A DNA stretch of 64,000 nucleotides from Anthoceros angustus. Its lineage: Eukaryota; Plantae; Anthocerotophyta. The stretch is taken from NCBI GenBank assembly GCA_010909165.1, contig MU008186.1:744001-808000 (forward strand). The letters run 5' to 3'. The notes beneath the pieces were generated by a model that was not told where the DNA came from, ran no database searches, and was given only the letters and a program-made list of their open reading frames with translations. Shown here in pieces: positions 24,960 to 36,959 of this stretch. Within the stretch, counting starts at the first letter, position 1, and every line of letters begins with the position of its first letter. Made by a program: the position numbers and the translations under genes.

Positions 24960-27700
24960 GGTTTCAATGGATCGTTTCACTTCCTATCCGAAAGCCGTCA
25001 CGTTGTCCATCACGCTTCCTCCTTCGTCCTCCCTCCACCCCCGTGCGGAGTGGGCACGGCTAATGCCCACCCCTCTCTCATCCATGCATGTAGAATACCG
25101 GGTCACTTGATTTGGCCATATGAATGGGTATCGACATCATCGCCCGATCATAATAGCGCCTAGTGAACACGGTGGAAACTCGGATCGTTTCTATCAACGA
25201 AGGAGATCTGCCGTGCGGATTGCACTCGAACCACTTCACCTTCGGGATGAGTGGTTCGTACCCCACGAGACCAGGATTTCTTGGACATGGCCATAGTAAG
25301 TCCGCTCCCTTCGTCCCCATGACGTGCGGGTGAACACACCATCACTGTCACTTTCGACTCTTTCTGCGGCGTCAGAAGGTGGCTTCCCTTGCATGCCATG
25401 TGCCTGTATGCCGTGGCCCAAAGGGACGGCCCGTCCATAACTGCAGCCACATCGTCAGTGAGATGGTGAATCTTCCCATCGGCCTGAATTTCTGCCAGCA
25501 TGGATCCATGCACGAAAAGATGGCTCCGTCGTTACTCCTTGTTCCACTTCCTCCTCGTACTGCTGCAAGAATGGGTCTAAGATTTGGATGTGGACCAAGA
25601 TGAAAGTGTGGACCTGGTGCAACTCCGTCGTAAACTTGTATGGGCGTCCCATGCCTAATGCCTTTCCTGTCGCATTCTTCATGAACTTATCGCTCCAAAT
25701 ATGGGAGGGGAGGATAGTGTTCACTAAGGTACGACTTAGCATACTGACAAAGATTCCTCCCTCACATATCCCTCATATCGCCCTCGGGTTTGCTGCTGTC
25801 TAATAGTGTCCTTCCTCCCCAAATACCTCTCCACAGGATACATCCAGACACTTACGGGCCCAATGCCGCAACATCATCCACCAAGTGAATAATGAGATGC
25901 GTCGAAATATCAAACAAGTTGGGTGGAAATTCTCTTTTCCGGTGACACATGACCGATGCACTCTTGTTGCATTCTCCCAACCTCATGCCCCGGAATCCGG
26001 CGTTGGCATATCCAGATATAGTTTCTTGGCGTTCGCTTTGTATCGAGGGCTTGATTCGTCCCGTAAGACAATAGGAAATAAATCTCCATGACAACATGCC
26101 AATCATGAGCTTTGAGGTTTCCCAGTTGCGGGCCTTGATTTGCAGCGATGTTTGATGCGTATCCGATTGGTAACGTATGGCTGCATCTCCGAAAACCATA
26201 TCCAAGTCCGGCTTGGATAAGACATACGAGCAAGAAGGTCTCCTATTCCTAGCAATGGCCATAGCTCATGCTTGCCCCGTATTCTTCCATGTCTAACGGG
26301 ATCGTAGATCATCTTTCTCTCCTATGAAGGTGCCACAAAGCCTCTGCATTGTTCTTCTCAATGTGCATAACATCCCCTTTGTGTCCACCTCGGCATGTGT
26401 CTCCAATACGGAGTAATCAAACCATAAGCTTTTTTGGTGCCAAACTTGCCTCTCCCTCAACTCCCTGTTGCATTATCTCTCTTTTCCATATCCGCCATTA
26501 GCGCGTCAAGCGAGGGGATTGGGACGAGGCCGCTCCACTTCATTGTTGTACCGGTCCATGTCTACCCGCCGCATGGGATGATTGGGCGGAAGCCACCGCC
26601 GAGCCAAGGTACTCCTCCTTCGCACGTGGTGGCCCAGAGTCTAAGCCATCCCAACATTCCGCACATGCCCTTGAACCCTTCACTGGCCGTGGAGTGTGCC
26701 AATGCCGGATAATCAGCTATGGTGTGCAAAGCATTGCTGCCGTGAAGCGCGCCGTCACTGTCCGGGGAAAAGAAGTCGTCCATGGGTATCCCATGCCACG
26801 GGTCTCTCAACTCCTCCAAAAGAGGTTCCATGTAAACATCAAAGTTCGGCACAATGTGAGGGCCGGCACAATAAGCGGCATGATGGTATAAGCGGATTTC
26901 GTGCTTAGCCATGGTGGAAGGTTGTGTAAGAATAGCATAACAGCCATATAGATGTAGTTGTGGACTTGTGTCCAAATGGGTTAAACCGTCCGTTGCAAGA
27001 GCGAGACGGATGTTTGGGTTCCGAGCCAAAGCCATCCAATCCATCTAAAACCTCCCATGCCGGGTGTGTATGCCCATGGACCCATCGTGCTCCGCAGATC
27101 CATGTCCATTAGCCTTGCGATTATGCGGTGCTCTAAACATGCGGGCCTATCCTTGACGGAAAGTGCCAGAACTTTCACAGGAGCTCTCCTAGCGCTTTGG
27201 CGATCCACGCCCTCGACATCTGTCTGCGAGCATTTAATGCATTCGCGTGGTCCGCATAGGGGCAGCGACATGATCATTTACGGGCATGAATTTTCTTGAA
27301 GTGCGGCCGAAGGAGTACAATGTCTTTTAGCCTCCGTCATCGACTTGGCGGAGAATTCCTCTCGGGCAACAAATGCAGCCCAACAACACCGCAATAAATC
27401 GACATCGACGTCGGTATGCCATAACGAGTTTGAATGGAAAGCAAGAGCGGGGTTGCGATTAAGCGGGACTCTTTCGAGGTGCAAGGTTGCGATGGTGAAC
27501 AAGGGCATTCGCGATCCGGGCATATGCTCTCTCCTTGCGAATGCGTCGGGAACACCGGTAGTTCATCCAAGTCCGCATCTCCTCCGTCGGCATGAAGGTC
27601 CGCCGCGTCAGTCCGCGCGTCCGCATCGATGTCCACTAGCGTCCGCATCAAGGTCCGCAGCATGTCCTCTCTTTCACAACCATACACCGTCAACTGCTCT
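24960..27700 (-). pseudogene. CACTA transposase (Tnp2/TnpD-like), frameshifted as assembled
   Basis: ARNPNIRLALATDG (Transposase_21-like), GYASNI..LKAHDWHVVM, FPPNLFDISTHLIIHLVDDV (DUF4218-like), PKVKWFEC (DUF4216-like). Confidence 0.85.
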
Positions 27701-30700
27701 GTATCCGCCCGTGGTGGTCGGGTTCACCACTCGCATTTGCGGTGGGCGGGCGGCAGCGGCGTGGCGAGCACGCCGGAATATCGGCTGGCCCCATAGTGCA
27801 GTGGAAGGCGGGTGGCCATTGCCAACTTCATGAGAATGGGCATCGGCTGCGGGCGAACTCAATGCGGGCATGAGGGTCGAGGCGGATCATCGTTCGCATC
27901 CACGAAGAGCTGTAAAAACATCAGTACACACCTGAACCAAGACCGGATTGTTTCTTTGGCGGTCGAGCGAAATGTCGCGAATTTTAATGGTGCTTCACTG
28001 CTTCGGGCATGGGCGGTGCATATACGTTGTGAACTCCGGATCCGGCGTCGGACCATTGTGCCGCGAGGATTGACAAGGAGGCGTGCTTCTTTCGCCGTGT
28101 CGCGAGGAAGGCGAGGGTGAGAATGAAGTGGCGATGGTGAGTATTTGTCGCCGATGGCGGCGCGGCGTGAGGGCCGTTGTGAACTCTCCAAGCGGCAAGT
28201 GCTTTATGGCGAAAACTCATGCCCGTCGGAAATGTGCGGTACTAAATGTGCTTACGCTACCCGGTGCGCGGACAACCACCATCCTGCGAGGAAGCGATAT
28301 CCGGTGCTCCGGTGGTAAGTGTTCTCCACAATTCCTGCGTCGTTTCTTCCATATCGATAGGGAAGAGGCGGTGTGGTCGGAATCCGGTGTGCGGTTTTCT
28401 CAGCCCGATGCCTTTGCTCCGCCGCCATCGCGCTGCGCCATGGAAGAAACGAGAGAGCTTACTTCCGGACATGTCCCGGCCATTACGTACACACACAGCA
28501 TGGAGCGGTGGTGTCCTTAGCAATGGCCGCCAATAGAATACCGTTTAGCATGGAGGCGGCATGGAGGCGGAGCGTCTGAAGGAGTTATGACACCGAGAGC
28601 GGCCAGCTCGCACCACGGGCGAAGGGGATGAAGTGCTGCCCCTCCGATTTGGGCGCGGACCTCGGGCCCGTGGAAGGTGAGGAGAAGGTGTATGTCCTGG
28701 GCCTACCGATTTGGGAGTGAAGACACCGTGTGGGAAGCGGGAGATGGCAAGTGGGTGGTCCAGTCATGGAGGCATCGGGGTTGCAAATGCATCATCGTTT
28801 TTTGCAGCAAGGCAAGCTTGGAAGGCGATGGTCCGTTGCGATCGCCATCCGGAGATGGTGGGGAAAGGCGGATGTGTGGGCGCATGCTCGGAAAGGTTGG
28901 GTGTGGGCTTTACAGCGGCGAAGAGCTCGCTATATTTGGCGATCCGAACCGAGGCAAGCATGGCGGGACAATATCATTGTCACGAGGTTTGAGACTCAAG
29001 GAGAGAATGTATTGCGATGCGATGGTAGGGACCAACAAGTTTGGCGTTCTTGTAGTGAAGGTGGCCCAATTTGGTGAAAATATGTCGACACCAAACAAGG
29101 CACAATGGATTTGTGGGAACTTGCGGACATCTTTGCAAGAAGAGGCTCAATATCACAAGTGGATGTGGGGCCGGCATATCTATGTGCGGAAAGGGCCCTC
29201 AATGGGATGAGCGTCGGTACACCGCTGCGGGCAGGGGCGAGTATGCGATCCATGCTCACATCCCCTTGAGCATGTGGTATAGTGACGCTTATGAAGCAAC
29301 AAGTGGGCGGTGCAAACTTCCACAGTTTCGAACCAGTTACATTCACTAGCGGTGGAGAGCGGTTTGCAGTTGCAGATTTCATGTGCAATGACGAAGGGCA
29401 TTTCCGACTTCTAGAGGCGAAATGATAGTCGAGCGTGCTACACCTTGGCTGGAGGGATCTTGTATGGGCTCCTCGGTCGATCGCATGCACTGTTAGAATA
29501 AAGTGTCTTTCCGATCCCGTGAGCGTGGAGGTTTTTGAAGGCGAGTTTCTTGGGGCAGTTCATGAAACTTGGTGTCGATGTATGCCTGTCGCTAGGGAAT
29601 GTCATGTTCCATGATCTTGATTGTGCAGTGTTTTGCAAGAGGCACAATTCATTGCGCTCCACTAGCTAGCAACCAACTGCGGCGTTGTTTGTCGTGTGGA
29701 GATCCCAAGTGTTCATCGCCGATGTTGCGGTGTTTGTAGGATCGACCCTCTCCCGATGCCATTCGAGTCCCAAATTTCAAGGCCACGCCTCTGGAAATCC
29801 CTTGGGGACACGGGATGAAAACCATCCGACACGAGCTTGGACTTCACAAAGGTAATGCAAAAGCGGCATCCCAAGGCTGGTCGATCCACCCAGCGCTTGT
29901 CGCGTAGTCGCGCATTGAGTCCGCGGTCACGCCCTCTTCGCCTCGTCAAATCGTTTGCCCGCTTGGAAGTACCCACAACTCACCCTAGCATGGGCATTCT
30001 GGACATACCGACTTACATGGCGTGGCCTGGGCGGCCGTCCGGACGATCGTGCGCCCTTTATGGCCATCGCTCCATTTCCTCCATGGCACCTGCATGTCGT
30101 CGCCCTATCTGGGGTATGGAATGGTAGAGGCGGACACGACGACGCCATCGATGTGAGCCACTTAAAAACGCGTACAAGCGGGAGGCGGAACTCCGGTTCG
30201 ACACACGCGCATCGTGTGGAGCCCGCGACGGACTCTTTAAACCGAGACGAACGAATATTGTATTATAAGGGGCTGCGAAAGGCGGGGAGGCGGGTAATAG
30301 GAACACAATGCACCCGCAGGAAGGAATAGTGTTACAAGCGGTGTAACAAATGCAGGCTTGTATGCAAAGCATGCAGAAACAAGAAATGTAACGTTCTAGA
30401 GGGCGTATCGAGCAGGTCACAACCCGTAACATGGGCACCATGTTTCTAGTAGTGCTCCCTGCCCTTGGCGCCTCGAATCGGTGATTCCTTGCCTCGAATT
30501 TCCTAGCGGGGTCAGTCTTCGAGGGTTCCTACCTCCTCAACCAACGCGCCGCCGCCACTAGCGCCGCCCTCCTTCAGCGTCGCGAGCCCGCGCCCTCGCT
30601 AGTGAGGATTTTAAGCTGCCTCCCTCCGTGGGTGCGCCTCGCGCCCTCCTTCCTATCGCGGTGCTCCTCCAGTCGCAGCTCCTCGACGCCTAGCTCACTC

Positions 30701-31229
30701 CAGCCGCTTCACGCTCCACTCCTCGACGCTATATTTGCTCCGGCCGCCGTTGCGCCTCCGTTTGAATGAGTTTACAGCCGGTACCCTTCCCAGGTTCTCT
30801 TAGGGTTGATTCCACTTCCCCACCAGTTCCCACGACTACTTCTCCTTGACGGCCGTTCTCGGCATACCCCCACACACCTCGATCCCAACCTCACACATGA
30901 TAGGCCTACCAGTTGGATCGACCTCTAACCTATGGACTTAGCAACCTCTACCAAATATGAGGACCCCCCCCTCCTCACATATATAGACTTTCTATTAGAT
31001 ATTCCGAGGACAAAGGCCAAGGAATATCGAGTTTACGGTCCAAGGACCATTTATTCTTTAACCTAGGAAACAACCCATCCCCCATAAGCCAAGGACATTT
31101 TCAAGTACAAATATCCCTTCTTACTGACAACCTGACTCACTTTAACACCACACTTAACAAAAAAACAAAAAAAATCACTCAAAGACACAATCCAACAGGG
31201 AGTTTTTGAATCCAAATCGTTTACACCAT

Positions 31230-31464
31230 GCCTTGAGGTTGGCCCCCGCGAGGGACCGGGTGCACCATGAAGGACGCTATGCGTGGAGCCCCTGTCTCTT
31301 GAGGTGCCGCGGTGGCCCCTCCGGCCTAGGTTTATTTCATAGCGGCGGGGATGCCCTCCCCCTAGCCTATCTTATACACGGCTCGCTGTCTACCCGCCTC
31401 CACTACACAACCCGCCCCCATTGGTTGCCAACATTGCTTCCCTCGACGCACCTCAGACGAAAAG
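31230..31464 (-). pseudogene. Probable gypsy integrase C-terminal (GPY/F-like) fragment upstream of the cassette array
   Basis: Minus strand reads ..CVVEAGRQRAVYKIG.GEGIP.., resembling GPYxVVxxxxxxxYxL; cut off by the copia-2 LTR. Confidence 0.35.
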
Positions 31465-31762
31465 TGTTCTGAAGAGGTTAAGGGCTCTCCATGTCCACAC
31501 TGTGCACTAGGAACAAGTCATAAACTTAAGCATTAAGTGCAGGTCAATTAAATAATAAACGATTAAATAATTACATCTTGTCAAGGAAGCTACTCGTATA
31601 TATGTTCTTGTAAGTCCAACTTAAGTTATTATGAAAAGGTGTGCCTATTGATGAAACGACGTAACCCTAATGAAAGGGTAACCTGCTGACTTTAAACATT
31701 AATTAATCTATTTCTTAATATGCTGATAACACACCTAATCTAACCACTCTTAGGTTTTATCA
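31465..31762 (-). repeat. 3' LTR of copia-2 (left boundary tentative)
   Basis: Minus strand starts TGATAAAACC right after the PPT; left end placed at ...AGAACA from the shift to GC-rich sequence. Confidence 0.55.
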
Positions 31763-31771
31763 CTCCCACTT
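31763..31771 (-). other. Polypurine tract of copia-2
   Basis: AAGTGGGAG, with the same CTCCCACT core as the copia-1 and copia-3 PPTs. Confidence 0.8.
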
Positions 31772-31912
31772 GTTGAAGCATGTTAAGAACAGAACAGTCT
31801 CCTGAAGGTCTTCTCGTGACAGTCTCTTCAGCTCCCGTCTTGAAGGCGGCGCACATGTAACACTCAACTACGCCCCACGTCCATTACGCTCCACTCCAGT
31901 CCTTGATAAACA

Positions 31913-32934
31913 ATGGACTTTGACGGCATGGAACCGTATCCTGTGAGGTGCGCCCCGTTTGTAGGCATCTTATATGCCTTCATTCTTGTGATAAGGCTCA
32001 AGATTGAACGCCGCTTGCTAGAGCTCACCATGTCGCCCTTTTCAGACGAAAATTCTCCCAGGCGGCGGCTTAGAGCCTATGTGCGCGATAGCCAAGGCCG
32101 ATTCACCAGAAGAGCTCGGACACCTGTCAGCGATGCTAACAATGAGATTGTGCTGTGGCGCGCGGTGATTGGTGAGGCGCCCAAGAGGAAGGCCGCGAGG
32201 CAGAGGAAGAAGTCCGGCGCGGGGAAGAGGAAGAGCGATTCGTATGCCTCCAGCTTATGCCCGCCCTTCTTCACTAACTCAAGATCACCAACACCCATCA
32301 CAGTCGCGAGCCTGAGTGTGAATACCAGGATCATGAGGCTCTGCCAAGGAAACCCTCGATGTTTCCAGACACTGAAGACTATCTGGAGGAGACTAGAATT
32401 GTCACCCTTGGCAGCATTACTAATCCTAGATCACCTGTTTGGTACAAATGCACAAACAGCCGCCTTGTGATGAAGAGGGTTTGTGTCCAGGCTTGCCAAG
32501 AATATCCAAATCATGTTGTCAGCCATTATCGTAAGTTGATCACACCCTTTGATTTATGCTGCCACCATCTGTAGCAGATTGCTGCCCTAACTCCCACTTA
32601 CTGCTGAAACTGTGAATGTTGTGTTGACATAGGTTCTGAAATAAGACTGCGTGAGGAAGAGAGGTTGAGAACTGAGGCACGCATCAGAGAGGAAGAGCAA
32701 CTGTCCTATGAGGACAGGAAGAAACGAAACAGTTCAAGTTCCTCTGAAGATGCCTCCAACTCTCAGTCCATTGAATCTAGGTTGCTTGATTCTGACAGCG
32801 AAGAAGCGTCCTCCCACGAGTCAGAATCACAGCACTCTGATCCTGAAAGTAAAGAAATAAATTCCCCAAGGACTCCAGATTCCATCAACTATCCAACAAG
32901 CAACCATTCAAACTCCAACAACAGCTGGGATTAG
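31913..32934 (+). CDS. Three-exon antisense gene inside copia-2: exons 31913-32241, 32304-32530, 32633-32934; 285 aa with a basic NLS-like cluster, a charged helix and a Ser/acidic tail
   Basis: Introns 32242-32303 (GTATGC..CACAG, CTAAC at 32274) and 32531-32632 (GTAAGT..CATAG, CTAAC at 32587). Spliced length 858 nt = 286 codons, no internal stops, joining three different ORF-track frames. Confidence 0.7.
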
Positions 32935-32957
32935 GCATAGCTTGTTGTTTCCTTTTG

Positions 32958-34510
32958 TTACTGTGACTGTAGGAAGTCTTCAGACTTCCCCATACCAAGA
33001 CCTTTAACATGCCTTGCATGCAGATCCCTTCCAAGGGCTTTAGTAAGTATGTCAGCTGGATTATCAGCTGTTGGGATATATTGCAGTGTGATTTTTCCAG
33101 CTTGCACTAGCTCTCTGATAAAGTGGTATTCCACTTCAACATGCTTGGTTCTTGAGTGAAACACTGGATTTTTGGCTAATGCAATTGAGCCTTGGTTATC
33201 TGTATTTATAGTTGTACAAGTTGGTAAGCTTATGCCCATTTCTTTAAACAATAGCTTGAGCCATACAACTTCTTTAGCAGCAGCAGTTAGGACTCTGTAT
33301 TCAGCCTCTGTACTGGAAAGGGCTACTGTTGGCTGCTTTTTGCTGCTCCAACAGATAGGGCCTCCAGCAAAACAAATAACATACCCTGATACTGACTTCC
33401 TTGTGTCTATGTCCCCTGCATAGTCAGAGTCAGTATATACCTCTAGGTCTAGGGCATCCTTTTGATGCTGATACTTCAGCCCTAAGTCTGCTGTACCCTT
33501 TAGGTATCTAAACACTCGTTTGAGACTTTGCCAGTGTTCTTGACCAGGGTTTTCTAAGTACTGGGATAGCACACTTGTAGAATATGCTATCTCTAATCTA
33601 GTTGTATTTGAGGCATAGATTAATTTCCCTACACCCTTCCTGTAAGGTATGTTAGCCATAGCATCCTTCTCATTTTGTGTTTCAGGACTCATGTCTTTGC
33701 TGAGTTTAAGTCCAATAGGAAGTGGGGTTGCTGCAGGTTTAGCATCCTTAAGCCCCATTTGTTCAGCACTATCTAGGATGTACCTAGGCTGAGTTAGAGT
33801 GATAAGTCTTCTACTCCTATCTCGCTGAACATGTATTCCTAGACAGCTGTGAAGTGGTCCTAGGTTTGTCATATCAAATTTAGCTGCTAACAGTCCATTC
33901 AGTTCTAGAATATAGTTAGGGCTGTTGCAAACTAATATCAGGTCGTCTACATAGACAGCCAGATAGCAAACCACTTCACCTTTCCTTTGGACATACAAAC
34001 TGCCATCAGCCTTACATTTCTCAAAGCCTAAAGTCTGAAGCTCTTCATCAAGGGATTCGTTCCACTTTAGAGTTGACTGTTTAAGGCCATATAGAGTTTT
34101 CTTCAAAAGAAGAACATGATCCTCTTTCCCTTTAACCTCATAGCCTGGTGGCTGCTGCATGTAGATTTCTGTGTCAAGCTTCCCATGAAGGAAAGCTGTC
34201 TTCACATCAAACATTTGTAACTCATAGTCTTTGAATGCAGCTTCTGCGCAGAGAGTTCGAAAGGTAGCCATCTTTACAACAGGTGCATATGTCTCAAAAT
34301 AGTCAAGGCCTGGTACTTGGGAGAAGCCTCGAGCAACAAGCGAGCTTTGTACCTATCAAAGGTACCATCAGCCTTCACTTTGAGCTTGAATACCCACTTA
34401 CAAGACACCATTTTTCGTCCTGGAGGTAATTCAGCAAGTTCCCAAGTGCCATTTTTTATTAACGAGTCATACTCTGACTGTATGGCCATCTGGTCACAGT
34501 CTGTGGCCAC
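32958..34510 (-). CDS. pol: copia RT-RNase H (437-aa uninterrupted ORF plus one upstream frameshifted piece)
   Basis: KWVFKLK, FDVKTAFLHG, LYGLKQS, YVDDL, YTDSDYAG, HSRTKHVEVEYHFIRE, ADILTKAL. Confidence 0.95.
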
Positions 34511-34539
34511 AGTCTGGTTTACTCTGAAGGTAGTCTGAT

Positions 34540-36890
34540 CGGGTGTGAGGAGGACGTCCAGGACGAACCTGAGGACACCGAGGGCTTTGCGGATGGCATT
34601 CTACCATGTGGGGAGGACAAAGATGCGCGTTGGAGGAAGTCAAGGTGGGTCAAGAGGAGGAGGAGAACTCAAGAAGAGGCGAGGATGACCTCGGGATATT
34701 ATCCTGCACGTGATGGTTCACGGCGGTCGCTCGGATCGCGGAGGAGTGCAGTGCAGGCCTTCACAGTGGGAAATGTGAAGAAAGGGGGAACACAGGAGAG
34801 GCCCTGCAGATGGCAAACACATTCCTGAAAGGGACGGGCGGTAGCGAAAGCCAAACCTGTGGCAAGGCGGAGAAGCCTGGAATTGTGGAGGAGGAGGAGG
34901 AAGAGGATCCACCGCCAAGGTTGTGGAGAGATCTAAGGGCAGTAGTCGCCATTGGCGATGATAGGCTCGGCGCCATAAAAGCGAGATGCAAGTCGGGACG
35001 TCGAAAGGACGGTATTGCTATCAAGAGTCCGGGAGTCTACCTTGAAGTTGCCAATCAAGTCGCCGCACTCCCAAGATCCGTGTGAGGCAACAAGGTGAGG
35101 AAGCCGGATCTCGCGTGGGTAGAGGCTTTGATGCGTAAGATGAAACACGCCATGGGTAGCCGGTGTCTGCCAATGGTTGTGGTTGTCGACCTCTCGCAAT
35201 GTCCTCACAAAGAGAACTTTGACGCGTTGAGAAGGTGGGATGAGGGCTTTACAATTTCTTCGCCTTGGGAGGGAACCATTCCTTCCGTGCAAGGTCCCGC
35301 TCGATCCGCACTCAATGAAGGAAGAGTTCAAGTGGATGGATGCATATGTGCTAATGGACTCATCGAGGACGAGATGAGGATCGATGAGTCCGAGTCACTG
35401 AAGTCCCGCCAGTGAAACCGCGGACGTCCGGTGCGGCGGTGAGTATCATGGACACCACGGCGGCAGACAAACCGAGGCTTCCGGATCCCCATGTGGTATT
35501 GAAGAAGCATTGTTGGGATGCCTCGCCACCGGAGTATCGGGTTGCTCCCAACAAGCAAAGATCATGGGTTGCTTCAATTTAGCCATAGCGGTGGCCATAG
35601 CGGTGTAGTAGCTGTCTGGAGCTCTTCGTCCATTGGACACGGCATGGAAATGGTATAACCGGAGGAGCATTCAAGAACCCAAGTGGCTCTTCCAGATGAA
35701 GTGATAGTGGATTTACACTAGCTAGACGATATTTGGACATGAGCGAGAGGTTTATACAGTAGGCCACAGAATGCTGCAAGAAGGGAACGCCTAGAACAAA
35801 GAAGATGCAGGATTGCACAGTAGATCCAGTGGCATGATGATTGCGGTCCAGCGGAGATGATCCGACGGCCGTCCTTTCTCGCTGGGTGGGCTGGATGTAG
35901 ACCATGAAGTCACTGGACCAGTAGCGCAAGTCCACCGGTGGCGATCAAAACCCTAATGCATTGGAGGGTAGGTATTTGGAAGAGTGGGTGCTACAACCCT
36001 CCCAGCCGTAGAAAAGGTCGACGCAGTGCACCCTTTGAAGAAACATGTGCAACCAATCAAGCTTTTGGAGACCACAATCATGGGTTATGATTTCGAGGTT
36101 GACGAGGAACAAGACTTTGAGCAAAGACACAATGGACATCTTTGGGGAGGAAGGTCTTGAGTTACAGGCGAGCCAAGTGAGGCAGAAGCTTTGCTTCCTC
36201 CACACATTGATGGTGAAGCAAGTGGTGACGAGCAGATTGATTCCGAAGACTTGGACAGCGTTGAATCTTAGATGCATCAGATTGATTATTTGGTAGACTT
36301 CTTTGGAAGGTGTGGACTGGGTGAGAGCAGGATCTTAACCCACCAAGGATTCGAGAATTTCGAGGTTGGCCCAGGAGAGATCTTGAGTGAGGCAGGTGAA
36401 TACATAGTCGTGGCATAGATGTTTTGAGGGTATATGTGGATGTGTGATCCAGTGTTCATGTTTTGACATAGAGTTTTGATCTTGATGCATTGTGCCCTTG
36501 TACCGGATGTCCGTGCTAAAGCTCTCAGTCGGTTTTTAATTGTGGTGAGCAATCCGGCAAGCTGTTCGGCGGCCAGCGGTATTTGGGTTTTGTGATAGGG
36601 TGCGAGGCTCGAGCCTTACGTGATTGAGGTGCGGTAGCGGGCTTTTGGTGACAGGCGGGGTTGGGGGCGGTGAGGGCGTAAACGCCTGCGCTGCCGTGTG
36701 ATGGGGAGCGGACGGAGGCGTGCGGCCAAGAGCAGTCGGCGTGAGGGAGCCGGATTACAGGCCGTGCGCCACGCGTCCAGATTCTAATGAGGCGGCGGTC
36801 ACAGGGGCCGAGGGGCAGGCCATTTGCGATGAGGCGGGGAGGCGGGGTGCAATAATGACTATATGGGCGGGGTGCCTATACTGCAGAAGC
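34540..36890 (-). other. Unassigned coding-like segment with a GC-rich 5' end, abruptly joined to copia-2 RT
   Basis: Chain of overlapping 75-130 aa minus ORFs; no recognisable RT, INT or transposase motif. Confidence 0.3.
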
Positions 36891-36959
36891 CTTCCAATGT
36901 CTTTTCTCTCTCTCTTCGTTAACTTCCTTTCCGTCATTTTGTTTTTCCAATCCTTTTAC

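Larger units (their letters stand above)
19841..30454 (-). mobile_element. CACTA (En/Spm) DNA transposon, 10.6 kb
   Basis: Ends CACTACTAAG..GGTGTCCATGTTATGG and (reverse complement) CACTACTAGA..GGTGCCCATGTTACGG; perfect 3-bp TSD CTC (19838-19840 and 30455-30457); GTAAC/GTTAC subterminal motifs; flanks rejoin into the 1.4-kb cassette leader. Confidence 0.95.
15720..31225 (-). repeat. Tandem array of an about 1.4-kb promoter-leader-ORF cassette, 3 units (15720-17120, 17120-18500, 18500-31225); unit 3 is split by the CACTA element
   Basis: Shared blocks at 16900-17130, 18300-18520 and 30960-31225 (catatatagact, ggccaaggaa, aaaaaacaaaaaaa, cgggagttt); shared ORF pieces. Confidence 0.85.
31465..34540 (-). 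mobile_element. Ty1/copia element copia-2, 5' truncated (RT-RH, long 3' region, 3' LTR)
   Basis: Intact RT-RH ORF, PPT abutting a TG...CA AT-rich LTR; no 5' LTR, gag or INT found. Confidence 0.85.

Noticed and set aside
36420-36552. QLAGLLTTIKNRL resembling the LINE RT motif LSxAGRLTLIKSVL
   Set aside because: No YADD or other LINE RT or endonuclease motifs nearby
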